Assembly: GCA_003427395.1 (NCBI GenBank)
Contig: BFEA01000001.1
Location: forward strand, 5,275,146 to 5,328,412
From: Chara braunii
Lineage: Eukaryota; Plantae; Charophyceae
Length of the DNA stretch: 53,267 nucleotides
Direction of reading: 5' to 3'
The notes under the pieces are model-generated. The model was not told the DNA's origin, searched no databases, and saw nothing but the letters and a program-made list of their open reading frames with translations. Below are positions 38,526 through 51,700 of the stretch, piece after piece. Every line of letters begins with the position of its first letter. Position 1 is the stretch's first letter. The position numbers and the translations under genes are program-made.

Positions 38526-39411
38526 TTCTTCTTTTTTTTTTTTTAACTTGAATGCCAATCAAATGAAACATCAAAGAGGTTTCACTCCTCACTTCTCACA
38601 GTTGTAAAAGTGTACCCACACAAATGTCCCCAGGGCATCCATCTATATGATTCTATAGTAACTAGAGCCGGATCAGCAGCCCAATGCTTTCGAAACAGTC
38701 ACACAGGGACCACAATAGAGTTAGCATTGGGCACATGCCTCTTCCAGTCCAAACAAAATTCAGTTCCACAAAGTCGAAAGTGGCAAAGTCGAAAGTAGCA
38801 AAGCCGTAACCGCTGCTGATATGTCATTTACGCCAGCCCTCGATTCATCATTTCGCCGCCTCCAAAGACTCCAAAGTATTGTCCTCCCTCTCACACACAG
38901 CTCCTTAAACATTACCCCTGGCAGCTGTGAGATCGATTCTAACAGTGCCCAACCAACAGTACAGAATCATTGGCCCACAAGTCACCCCGTTGCATGGGGA
39001 AAAGATTCAGATTTGGCCGCAGCTACCAAAACTGCTCAGGAACAGGGCACTGCAGCCAGAGATGCTGCATGTCCTTTGCAGTATGGGCCAAGATACAGTT
39101 TGCAATTGCAGTTGGCGCAATGTGTACAATCCAGCTTTCTGGCCAGGTGTCGGGTGCCCGAAGTGCAATTCCAAAATATATATTGGCCCATAGTGCAATT
39201 ATAACTCGGTTTTGTGACTCTACTGAAGTTACCCCTTCTTTTTTTCCTTTTCATTTAGAAGAAGGGGAAGCTACACGGGAGTCTAAAAAATCATTAAAAA
39301 ATGAGTTATAATTGCACTATGGGCCAAGATACAGTTTCGAATTCCAGTTCGGGCAATTTATACCCGAAGCGCAATTGCAAACTGTATCTTGCCCCATAGT
39401 GCAATCATAAC
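38328..39411. repeat. Three copies of a ~110-135-bp palindromic MITE-like unit
   Basis: Inverted ends GTTATAATTGCACTATRGGSCAAGATACAG at 38328-38462, ~39078-39205 and 39305-39411; the latter two are inverted relative to the first. Confidence 0.75.
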
Positions 39412-40668
39412 TTGTTTTTGTGACTCTACTGAAGATACCGATCAGCATCGGTGAGGTCCTCTCCGCAAATTAGCCGCCGGAACAGATCTCACAGACCGGA
39501 AGCTTGAAAATCTTTTCGAGCCCGGTACCGTCAATAGGGGTTTGATCGGGACCCGCAGTCACCTTTTGTGATAATTTATAGGGGTAACTAGGGTGCAGTC
39601 ACGTTTTTTAGTTTTCAATGCAGTTCCAGCATCCCTCGAATACAACACATCCCCACCCAACCCTAAAGCTCTGGGCTGAGTTGTTAGATTAAAGGAGCTC
39701 CAAGAAGGGAAGGGTATTACTTTCTTTCTTTCTTTTTTTTTTTCTTTTTTTTTTCTTTTTTAAGGGAAGGGTATTACTAGCAGCTCCACGGGTCAGTGGA
39801 GCCCCACATCAACAAGACAAACAACTGCAGCCCTAGGAAAAAACGATCGAAAAACCTCTGAGCCACAAGATGTATCAAAGGGACGCTGGACCCGGTTTCC
39901 AGCAGGTGCCGTTCCCCACCAATAGATGGAGCAGCCCGACAGTCAAGCCCTCAATCCTAGCGGTTCTCGTACCACCGCTGAGATAGAGGGATGGCACATG
40001 GGCTTTAAATTGAAAAAAAAAAAAAAAAAAAAAAAAAAGCTGGGTTGTATACAATCCCGAGATTGTGAATGAAACGCATTTAAAACTGAAAACCATTACT
40101 GCACCCAAGTTTTCTCTAATTTATAGGGACATGCTATTATTGAGATTCCGATGTTTCGCAGGAAACCTCCAAGATCAGGGTACACCCTTTCAGTTTTTTT
40201 TTGTAACTGTGAATCCAAAGGCCTAGTACAAAGCAGACTCCAAAAAAAAAGAAGAAGGAAAAAAAGAGTCCATTCCCTCAAGATTGTAGTGAAGCCTTCC
40301 TCAACCGGTGGTACACCGTCATCTCAGCGGTCTGCACCGCATGATGGATAACCCAACCACAATAAGGGCCTTGCTCCACTGCTCACGACATGTGCGAAAT
40401 GAGAATGAATCTTTCGCTACAACATGGAAATGTACATCGCCATACTTTTTGTCTTTTCTGCATGTACAGAGTACTGGAGCGAGGGCCTTAGCCTGCATGC
40501 TTGGCTACCGGCAGCTTCTGCACCGGTCTCCAAAAGGGTGGGAGTTTACACAGGCTTGTCATAAAGCCAGGAGTGGTGAGTTGGCCCCATCTACTGTATG
40601 TACCAGAGGTAGGGAGTACATACCAGGTGATCAGATGTTTATTACAATTTTCGAAGACCACAGACCAG

Positions 40669-40787
40669 GGGCCAAGTCCCACTAGCAGCGTTGAGTTTCC
40701 TCAACGCCTGAATCTGGGCACATCTCCACAAACACGATCAGATTCGGGCTTTAGAGGAAACTCCACGCTGCTAGTGGGACTTGGCCC
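40669..40787. mobile_element. 119-bp Harbinger-type foldback MITE
   Basis: TIR GGGCCAAGTCCCACTAGCAGCGT.GAGTTTCCTC; CAG TSD at 40666-40668 and 40788-40790. Confidence 0.8.
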
Positions 40788-40845
40788 CAGGGGTGAGAGT
40801 GAGATCTGGGGATCTTTTTTTTTTTTTTTTTTTTTTTTTGGGATT

Positions 40846-40882
<37 letters not shown>

Positions 40883-42829
40883 CCAACAAAAAAAAAAAAA
40901 AAGAAGATCTGGGGATCTCTAGACTGGGGCCAAGTAGAGGTCAAATCGGCATTGGCCATTCTATCTTCTATAGGAAATAACCTTACATAATTGCTCTACA
41001 GGAAAACCCTAGTTTTGAACAGCAGCCACCACCCCCACTTGCAAGCGGAGGGGACCTTTGGTTGGGGGCCCAATCTCATTTTATATTAGGGCTCTATCTG
41101 TTAGCAGGGAGCGTCAGCCTTTTGACCACCAACAGTGTCGCTTTACAGACAATTTTTTTTTATTTTTTTTTTTTCCCCCTCCAAACTGCCACCCCACATT
41201 TTTTTTCCCCCTTTTCCTTTGTTGGTTTCCCCAAGGGCACCACCACAAGACCATTGTTTTACGCATGTGCATAATTTTCCCAACAGTCAATTTCAATTTG
41301 CCGTGCCACTGAGCTGTCAACGCAGGGGGCAGCCTACCTGGAGGCTCTAGCTTTGCTGGCCCCGTAGAATTAGGAGATGACTGTGGGGGGGCGCATTAAT
41401 CAGCGCAAGGCAGGGGGTTGCCCCCCGGTACAGGTGGTGTCAGAGATAGATGCTACCGTCTTTCCCCAAAGATTTTTCACCCTCAGTCATCATGACTGTA
41501 TTGCACCGGGAAGATAGCCTGTATGCGTTCATGGTCAGAGTGCACTGTGTTTGGGGGAAGGGGGAAATCCGCAGATGGATACCCCTCCATCCTGCCATGA
41601 TCCTATACCTCTGCGAAATGGTGAGGCATCCTTTCTTCTTCTTCTTCTTCTTTTCTTTCCATTTTTCTCACCTGCATGGTGTCCAAGGATTGTCCTTGTA
41701 TTACAAGGACGGCGGAAATATGATGCCTTTGGTAAATGGCTTTGCTGTCAGGGTAGTGTGCCACCCAGCCCATGACGAAAAGATCTCATGTTCGACAAAA
41801 GCCGCGTTGTGACGAACCACTTTCTGAAACCGTGCGATTTTCTGCGCAAAGCTGTTTTGAGGAAATACGACGGGTCGAAGGGGTGAGCGGTGGGCAGACG
41901 GGTCAGGCGAGCAATTTGCATGGATGTCCCCGTTTCTTTTTCGTTTTTCTGCTGAGAATGTTGGATTGGTGTCGGGGAGATTCCGTGCCAATGGTTGGAT
42001 AACCGCGCCTTAGCGAGCGTGAAGAATAACTGTACCATAGCTTCTTCTTTCTTGTTTTGCTGTGGGCAATGGGGATTTTGGCGCGATCATCGTGCGGGAA
42101 TATTGTTTTTGAATTTTCAACTGGTGTCGAGCCCCCTCCCCCATGGGCTCTCGGAAATTTTCTTTTGCAATTAGGACTTAAGATAGGAATTTAGGCATTT
42201 TTTGGATTTTGCTGCGCAGCGCTCCCTGCTTACGCACGCCTTGCCGCGAAGAGATCTGGGTTCTGATTTCCTTTTGCGCCTTAATATTGCACGTAACTGT
42301 AAGAGTTTTGGCGGGTGTAATTGCAGCTGTAATTTTTCCGTTCTTGATGTCCTTCGTGTTCTTCCCTCTTCCCACCTTGTGCTCGCCCGCGCATGCACGC
42401 CTTCTTCCCTGATCTGATTGGTTCCTATGCCTGCATGACCGGATCGATGAGCGGAGAGTGGCTCAGTCCCTCGCGCCGCGGCCCAGACATGCAGACGTAG
42501 GCACTTCCTCTCTTCTCCATCTCATCACTTGGGGCTAATCCCGTATCCCTCACACAAGCGTGCACGCAATAAATTTCGCAAGCACGATTAGTTGGCTCTC
42601 TAAGAATTTTTGAAGTTAGCGCGATCAGTGAGGTTCGGCTAACGAGCAAGTTTGGAAGGTAAGTGAGCGTGAGAGTTGGGCGGTCCGACAAGCTGGTGTC
42701 GGGTATGCGAGGTTGACGTGCGGGGCCGCGACGGACTGTGGCGCACGGGCGAACCTGGCTTGCATGCATGAACCAAGCGAGATGACAACTCTGCGTTGAT
42801 ACGCGGCGACGGACTGCCGGTATCGGGAA

Positions 42830-42833
<4 letters not shown>

Positions 42834-42908
<75 letters not shown>

Positions 42909-42913
42909 TGTGN

Positions 42914-42977
<64 letters not shown>
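42834..42977. repeat. (GA)n microsatellite
   Basis: Direct inspection. Confidence 0.97.
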
Positions 42978-42980
<3 letters not shown>

Positions 42981-43427
42981 TGTGTGGGTACGGGATAAGG
43001 TTCTTTTTGTTGTCTCCTTCTTCCCCTGTCCATCTGTACAATTTTGGATCCTGGTATGGCCGATTTTGTTATCACGGTCCTCCTCTTTTGAACTTCGCGT
43101 GTACATCGTCTCGGATTTTCCTGTGATTTTTATACATGCATGAGATTAATGTAAATTCCCTTTTTTTTTAGTGATCTTTTCGGATTTCTAGCTCTGTTTT
43201 GTGATGCCTGTTTTGTCTCTAACCAATGTTCGCTTGCGGGAGCTATACGTTCAGAACTGATTGAAAATGCTCGTCTTGATGTTTGGGGTCTCGTCGTTAA
43301 CACTCAGAAGTGTTGTGATGAGTTGATGGTCCTTCTGCATCACATGTATGGCATGTAGTGATGGGTGGGATATTTGCACTTGTGCTGTAACCGGAATCAA
43401 TCGGCTTGTTCCTTACGAGTACGGGCG

Positions 43428-44512
43428 TGCACGATCGCGATCTCGAGAGAGTCGAGTCGCCACGTACGCGCTCGTCCACGTGAATCAGCCTTAACCTCGT
43501 GTAAGGATGGGGAGGAACCGGCCTACTGGGCGGACATGGCTGCGAGATCTCCCTCTTGGACATCCAACTACGAAAACCTGAGGGACCCGAAATATCGAGA
43601 GTATTGAGAAGGTGAACAACTTAGACTACGATATCCGGAATTCCCCTGTCTAACGGAGCACGACCGACTATGCGCGGGGGATTTCCACTGGGCTATAAGG
43701 CTATAACCAGCGATCCTAGAGGTCCAGACTACCCCGATACGGACAATACCCAATACTACATATCCCCGGGATTCATTGTTATCACCACCAACTTCCCTCC
43801 CTTCCATCTCCTCCTCCCCTATCACCAACTCAAAGTGGTTCCGTGGAATTCCATAACTCGCTATTGGCCCAGCCCGTCGTGCAAGGGTTGCCGACATTAC
43901 TGCGCGCGCCGAGCCTCGGGAACTACCCGACAGACTCGAACCGAGGCTGAGCGCCGAATGCACAACCTCCGTTTACGGCCTGCCTCGACAGAATCCGAAG
44001 CTTGTTATGAGCGGCGCCGACAACTGGCCGAACCTCGCAATCGACCCCGAAGGCGAAACCAAAGGCGATGGTGATCTCCGATTTCTGGGTTTAAAGCTGA
44101 TGAAATTGGGGTTCGTCGGCAGGGGTAATGTCAGGCGGATTTTGTTCGAGAATCCAAGATTGTTTAGATTTGTCGATGCTGGGATGGTAGAAGAGTACCC
44201 CGGGAACTTTGGTTGGAATATACTGCACATGCCACCGGCCCTACGCTGCACGACACCTGCAGTTTTCCCGCCGTGCATAAATCACGAGAGATGGTCTACC
44301 TTCCTTCTCATAAGGCTTAAAGCACCACGGCACGATCTACATATCCCCTCTTACGCTTTTACCCCTGAAGCTTGCCACAGGAGATCCCAGTTCCGACCTA
44401 AGACTCTACCCCCACTTTCCTAAAATCCTTGGCACACCCCCTTCTTCGCACTTCCGGGTCCCCGTCCCACTCCGATCAGGAAGTCGCGTTGGGCGTGAGG
44501 TTGGGCGTCACA
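43428..44512. mobile_element. LTR-like repeat (solo LTR candidate), most complete copy
   Basis: TGCACG...GGGCGTCACA ends; homology to 2575-3378 near both ends; GCGT occurs at both junctions but a clean TSD is not demonstrable. Confidence 0.55.
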
Positions 44513-44809
44513 GCGTATCGGGGGTTACGTAGTGGTGCTCTAACATGAAGCGTAAGCTCGGCGGGATGTGGACTTTGATAGACTACCATGCGATTGCAGA
44601 GCGGCCTACAGTCTTCCTCCTCAGAATAAAATGGATGGTCATCATCGCTGAATTTAGGCAGAAAGTTGCCCCAAGTACAACCATAATGACCGTACGTTCT
44701 ATTGAGAGTGTCCATGCGCGTGGCCAAAATCTCTTAATCCGTGCAAGTGGGACCGGTGGATAACCTTGAGTTCTGCCATACTGTCTTTTCACATTCGCAG
44801 TTTTCGAGT

Positions 44810-45050
44810 ACTACCGGTACGTTTCCCCGCCATTTTGTCGAGACGCGCCTTTCGTGCAGCCTTGTCGAGCGAAATGTACCAGGGTGCCGTTTCGCGGGAC
44901 ATCCATCCAGGCAAAACGGGTCGCCTCACACACATGCGACCCGTTTTGCCTGGATGGATGCCCAGCGAAACGGCACCCTGGTACATCCCGCTCGACAAGG
45001 CTGCATGAAAGGCGCGTTTCAGAAAAACGGTTGGGAAACGTACTGGTGGT
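44810..45050. repeat. ~240-bp near-perfect inverted repeat (foldback)
   Basis: ~115-bp arms around an 11-nt loop CTCACACACAT. Confidence 0.92.
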
Positions 45051-45166
45051 TTGAACCGCCAGGACGTTCGAGCCTTCTTTCCGCTGAGTTTTGTCGAACT
45101 GGAACGAGCACTGAAATTGCAATTCTTTGCCTCCTTGCTGCCACCCTTTTCGGTTCAGTAGGCGGA

Positions 45167-45206
<40 letters not shown>

Positions 45207-45608
45207 NNNNNNTTCTTAACACGGGCCCAGTGCCCAAGGCTTATATTCCAATATAAGTTTGAGGCCGGGGCCCTCACAGTCTACCCGGAAGCACAACCTC
45301 TGGTAGCATTACCCAGTTTCGCTTACGGGGGACAACCAAAATCACCCCGAGGGGGACACAACCCTTCATACCATTTACTGAAGGAGTCTACAGTCCTGTG
45401 GTGGGAACCCAACCCTAGCCTTCGACTGTCAGATCCTCTGCTGGACCCCCCTACAACTGGGGGGCGGAGCCTGGGCTCCTTGGTAATTCTTAACGCTCCC
45501 TCCTGACCCACAACCTCTTCATCTACTGCCTTCCTACTGCGGATAGGGAAACCGAGCGTCCAGGTTTTTACTCAACCTCGAACAACCGTTCGTCAAGAGA
45601 ACTAGCAG

Positions 45609-48600
45609 GTGAATCACCCACAGGACCCCTGGTGCTACGCATGCAGAACCAGGGGTCATTTATCCACAAACCTTCACTGCCCTAACTCACAATCCAAAGT
45701 GATGAAAGGACTGGTGCAGCCACACCCAGACGGTCCAGGCCGCTGGGTTTCCGAAGACCCCGCCTCTGAAGGGTGGGTTTTCCACAGAAAGGTTATTAAC
45801 AAACCGGGGGAGTGGAAATGGGAAGGGATGGGACGTCCCCATAAATCCCCCGCTAATATCACAACATCGTATCGTGGTGGGACAACGACTCGAAGTGTGG
45901 ATGGTCCCCAGAAAGACAAGGCCGGCACTTCGTCCCAGGAATCATCCACAACAGCAACACCACCAACAGCAGCAGAGTCGTTACCAGAGGCAGCAGCAAC
46001 AACAACACCCACAACCACAACCACAACCGCAACCACAACCGCACCCACAACCACAACCACAACCACACCCACAACCACAATTTCAGCCACAACCACACCC
46101 ACAACCACAATTTCAGCCACAACCACACCCACAACCACAACCACCACCACAACCACAACCACAACCACAACCAACACAACCACCACAACCACCACCACAG
46201 CAGCAGCAGAACCAGCAACAGCGCCAGCAAAAGCAGCAACCCCACACCCAACATCCACAAAACGAGCAGCAACAGCCACGGAACCAGCAACAGCAGAGAC
46301 AGCAACAGCAACAACAGCAACAGCAAAAGCAGCCACACCAACAGCAACCGCGACCGCAGCAACAACAGCATGTCCCGCAGCAAAACCGGCCGCAACAACA
46401 GCGCCAGCAGCTGCAGCTGCAACAGACCTCAAACCACGCTGCCATACCAGGATCACAAGAAACGACCAACAATGGAGAGAGGTACATCGTCCCCTCCTCT
46501 CCTAATCTGCGTATAGGGACCACACCGACGGCCTGGACATGGGACAAGGAAGAAACACAAACCAGAATCCTCGACAAATGGAAAGAAAAAATTGCGAAAA
46601 AAGTCTCCGGCTACGGCGGGGATGCTCAAAATGGTCCCCTCCGGCCTGATCACAGCGCCCAAGGGCCAGAGTCTGATATGGAAGGGGTGGAGAGAATAAC
46701 AAAAGAGCCATCAGGTAGACTCCCGATGGACCAATCGGGCCCGCCCCCCCCGGGAGTCCCGGACACCATGGCCACAGTGAATCATCACTTGCTTCAGACA
46801 GTGGGGAACAATATTCAGAATACACAACCAACAGCGATGACAGTACACCTGCAAAACACGGTTTTTGGGGTACAAAACCACCGGTCGCTGGGAGACAACA
46901 GGCAAGGGGACTGCAACTATGCCCTGCACCCACAGATGGGGGCATTGCTACACACACATAATCATCAGCTGTTGCAGACCTCCCTGTCTCAGGAAATGGG
47001 GTACGGCATATGGACCCCCCCGCTCCCCCCCCTCCAGGAGATCGGGGAAGCGGCGACGGCCTATGCACAACCCCAGACCCCCCTGCTGCAGCAAAGTGAG
47101 GGGCAAGAACCCCCCCCCCCGGGTCTGGGAAATGAAGTGGAAATGGGAAAAGATCAGGAAGAAGAAGAGAAGATGGTGGTCCCGGGCATAGACGACCAAC
47201 AAGGGAAGGGGGAAGACCGGGAGGATAATGAACAGGGGGCGAGAAACAAGCACCGACAACACCGTCTGTTGAAAGACAGAAAGGTGAAAGCGAGACTAAA
47301 GATGGTTACAGATGCCATCCTTATGGGCCTGTTGAGATCCACCAAACAGTCAGACCACTCCCGCATTCCTCCCCTCCACTGGGAGAACATAAGAAGGGCC
47401 TTTATGAATTCGAGGACAGTCACTAAGTTTCTGGACCAAGCCACCGACCCAGCATCCATAGATTGGAGAAAGGTGGCAGCCCTGATCATGGATGCAGTGC
47501 AGTCCATCATTATCAAAATACGAAGAGCCGACCCTGCAGAAGCCCACCCCGTGACGGACATCACCCTGGCAACTCTACCCCACGCTGACAATGGTCCGGC
47601 TGGCCTGCTCTTTGAGGGCATACAGTGGCTTGGACTTGTAATCCAAGAATTCGAGCTGGAGACAGCGGAGCTCAGACCAAAGACCGATGGCGCAATCATC
47701 CCAATAGACAGCCCCGGACCAGAGCAGCTAGTACCGCTGCACCTGCTGCGTCCGCTGCTTCACCTGCAAACCCTACAACCTGCTCCAGCCAAGGATGGCT
47801 CTAGCCACTGCGCGGGCCACAACCACCAACACAAGGATGGTGAGGACATTCGGGGGGCGAATGCCACAAACACTCACCCGTATGCAGAAACTGCAGCTGG
47901 AACGATAGATGAGACACAAACACCAGACTGGGAGGACCTGCCCTCTGATTCCGACTTAGAGGATGGATCTGAGTTTGAGTGGGACCTGGTGTTGCTCGCA
48001 GCCAGCCCTTGGCAACCACAGCCTCTGACAGGCAATCCTGCTGACGACTCTAATGTGAGGCCAAACACAGATCACAAAAACATAAATCGCCCACCACAAA
48101 GTCAGCAGCACCAAAAGCAACAACTGCTCGTCACAAGCCAAGAGGAACACAACACACTCAATACGGAGCTAGACTCAATAATTGGGGGGTCGGACAAGTG
48201 CAATGGGAAAAGGTACACATTTAGGGACGCATTGGTGAACCCAGACAGAAGGACACCAAGCAGCGGAGTGAAGCTAGGGGTGGTTATACTCCCAGCGAAG
48301 AGAACCCGCCCGGAAGGGGAATGGAAAATTGGACTTAGAACCAACTCCCCCCGGGTGCCCAACCTGGTTAACCGATCACTAAAAACCTCCCAGTACAGTC
48401 CCCCAAGCCTCACCCTGCAGGGATGGAGAGGCTCTACATCGCAGATAATGACCAGGCACATGCTCCGGAACCACCTCAGCCAGAATGGAGACCAGGGAGT
48501 AGTAGGGACAATATTCCCCACAGACCTCCCATTCCCGAAGGGAGCAACACCCATACTGGTCTTATTTACTGAAGACCAGCAGGAAACTCGACACCAATCG

Positions 48601-48780
48601 GACCACATCCACTGGCTCACACAAAAGGGGTTGCTGGACACATCGCCATCCCGTTGGAGAACAAACAACATATGGTCGGCAGCGGAACAGGCAGTATTCC
48701 TGCTCTGCCTGCTGGAGGAAGAAACGTTGGACAAACATAGGGTCTGGGACGACCCACCTTTCATTAACAGCATCGCCTGA
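45609..48780 (+). CDS. LINE-F ORF1: CCHC knuckle (frameshifted), long Q/QP low-complexity tract, C-terminal globular domain
   Basis: WCYACRTRGHLSTNLHCP in ORF 45609..; 968-aa ORF 45874..48780 lies directly upstream of the EN. Confidence 0.7.
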
Positions 48781-51700
48781 TGGAACCAGGAAGCTTACAG
48801 ATAGTGCGGCACGCACAGGCAACACAACACCATCAAACTCCAGATCGGGACGGGGGACAAGAAGCACATTCGTAGAGACCATGCTGTCCGGAACCCCTTT
48901 GCCCTCCCCCTCCAATCAGAAAACAGCCTGAGTGGGCAAAAAAACTATCTTAGGCTGACCTGGACATAAGATCTATCAATGTCAATGGATTAGCACAACC
49001 CAATGAGCAAAAGAAAACGGCCATCTGGAAGATGATGCTGCAAGACATGGGGGGGAAATGGCTAGATGCTATTGGAGTACAGGAGACTCATCTGACCGAT
49101 TCCCAGACCCACTTAGCAAGAGCCTGAAATGTCTGGCCATACACAACATTTATGGCCCCGACACGATCTTCAGCCTCCACCGGGGTGGCGATTTGGCTAG
49201 CCCCCTCGTCAAGATTGGTCCCGATACATGCAGACTGGGACAAAATAGACGAAAGGTGGGTTTGCCTGAAAGCGGCAATGGAGGCAGAGGAACTGTACTT
49301 GGTATGTGTTTACGCTCCGAACGATCTAGCACAACGAGTACAATTCTTTCTTGCTCTACAACGAACCTTGCCAACAGATGCCCCGATCATAATGTGTGGG
49401 GACTTTAACACCACCCTGGACCCCGGTGTAGATAGAAGATCATCATCATCGCAGCAATCACCAGGAGCGGGGGTGCAAAGAGAAAGGTCAATGGATAGCA
49501 CAACGCTAGGCCAACTGATGATGGATATGGACCTCATAGATACCTACAGAGAGATGTATCCTAACAAAAGGACATATTCATGTGTCAGATCCCGGGGAGC
49601 GGCAGGAGTTTCCAACTCAAGGATTGATCTCTTTCTTCTCTCAAAAGACCTGGGAGGGCTGCTGACTACGTTAGTGATCCTCCCGTTCTCCCCCTGTAAA
49701 TCATTTGACCACCGCATGATAGCAATAGGCCTCTCCTTCCACACACACATCACAAGAGGGCCGGGATACTTTAAATTCAATACCTCCCTGCTAAAACTCC
49801 AGTCTTTGGAGCAGTTGGTCAATGACTTCTGGGCTTATTGGACATCAACAAAACCCGATGATGGATCGATAGTTCAATGGTTCAACGATGGGGTGGCGCA
49901 ACTAAGAGAGAGAGTCAAAAAAAAATTCATCCAGAAAGTAAGAGAGCGTAAAGCGGTCCTGGACAGACTGCTGCAGCAACTAGAGGAATGTGATTCACAC
50001 CTCACTGGAAACCCCTTGGACCTCGAAACCTTCAACGCTCTCCAGCGAGCCAGAAGCCAGCTGCAGGAACACTTGGACGTCCAAGCAAAAAAATGGAGAA
50101 TACAGGCTAAAATTAGGAAGGACACCTCAGACGGAACAATGTCTAAGACTTTCTTCAATAAGGCTAGAGCCAAATGTAGACAGTCCACGGTGCCCTCCCT
50201 CAAGCATCCGTTTAATGGTTCCCAACCGACAACAACAAACGCTTACAAAATAGTGGAGTATGCCTCTCTCTACTACACAAACTTGTTCACCTCACAAACT
50301 GCACGCCATCAACCACAGTCTCTTGCCCATGCACGAGACACATTGTTGGCCCCTCTCCCTTCCCTACTGTCCACCGCGTAAAGAAACAGCCTTGACGAAC
50401 CTATGACCAACCATGAAATCCTTCAGGCACTACAAGGAATGGATGATGAGAAAACTCCAGGTTTGGATGCCTTTCCAAAAGAGTTTTGGCTTCACTTTTG
50501 GGAGACATTCCAAAAGGACTTCATGAGCTACATTAACGCGGTATTCCATGAAGAGACGTTTGGAGGTATGATGGGACAAGGGGTGACAACGCTGCTGTAC
50601 AAAAAAAGGGACAAAGAGAACATTAGGAATTACCGCCCTATTACACTTTTGTCTGTCCTCTACAAGATCGTAGCTAAAGCGTGGGCAAACCGACTGTTAC
50701 CCCTCCTCCCTCACCTCATCCACCCGGACCAATCGGGCTTCATGCCATACCGCAACATACAAGACAACATCTTGTTGGTTAACGAAACTATCCGCTATGC
50801 CACTAATGGTTAATGGAAGGCTAAGAATTCGGGGGGTTTCGTCGCGTCGCTACAAACAATGTTGTCGAAACTTTTGCGAACAAACTATGTAGGGTCATAA
50901 TACAAACATCAAAAAAACAATCAGGCAAAAAAAAAAAAAAAAATCAAAATCAAGAGTACTATAAAACCCTTTTCGGAGTAGCTTTCGGAGTTCGTTAATT
51001 TTCTTTTTTAGTCTCGTATTTTTGCTAAGTTTTTTGTTACTGCTCCAAATACGGCGAAACTAAATGGAGATATGAAGATATACCCTAAAACACATATATA
51101 ACAGGTAAAAAAAAAAATCGAGAAAAAAGTAAAAATTTAAGGAAATATGACAGTTTCGGTGAAAAAAAACGGAAGCGGCTATACTGTTCATCGATTTCAA
51201 AAAGACATATGATCATGTGGACTGGGACTTTCTTGACATGTGCCTAGTTAAAATGAACTTTGGCCTGCTCTTCTGCAAGTGGGTCAATACCTTACACAGA
51301 AACGTCACTACGAATATCACCCTCAATGGTCATCTTGCTCCCCCCTTTCGTCTTCAACGCTCGGTGAGACAAGACGACCCCATTGCGCCAATGCTGTTTG
51401 TGTTAGTCATGGAAGCACTCGCAGCCATGATCAGAAACAACCCAGACATCCACAAAATCCGAGTACCGGAATTTCCTGAACACCTAGCTCCGGTCACCTT
51501 ACTCTTTGCCGATGATCTTACAGTTCTGTTCAGGGCAGACCACGATAGCTTTCGTGCGGTGGCTCAGACAATCCACCTGTTTGAAATTGCAGCGGACATG
51601 AAAGTCAATTGGGGAACAAAAATGGAAGGTTGGTGGTTAGACCCCCAGTGTGGACCTCCACCAACTGAACCTCAGGTAGCTTCGAAAAGTAAAGAATCGA

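Noticed and set aside
39880-39932. HDV-like, twister or pistol ribozyme identity for the tail motif
   Set aside because: Could not fit the required nested helices or catalytic residues by eye; left unassigned
40150-43400. Short ORFs as possible host exons
   Set aside because: No recognisable domain, frequent stops and no consistent splice structure
45674-46577. Poly-Val, poly-Leu/Trp, poly-Cys and poly-Thr ORFs
   Set aside because: Alternative-frame or antisense readings of the CAA/CCA/CAG repeat tract in LINE-F ORF1
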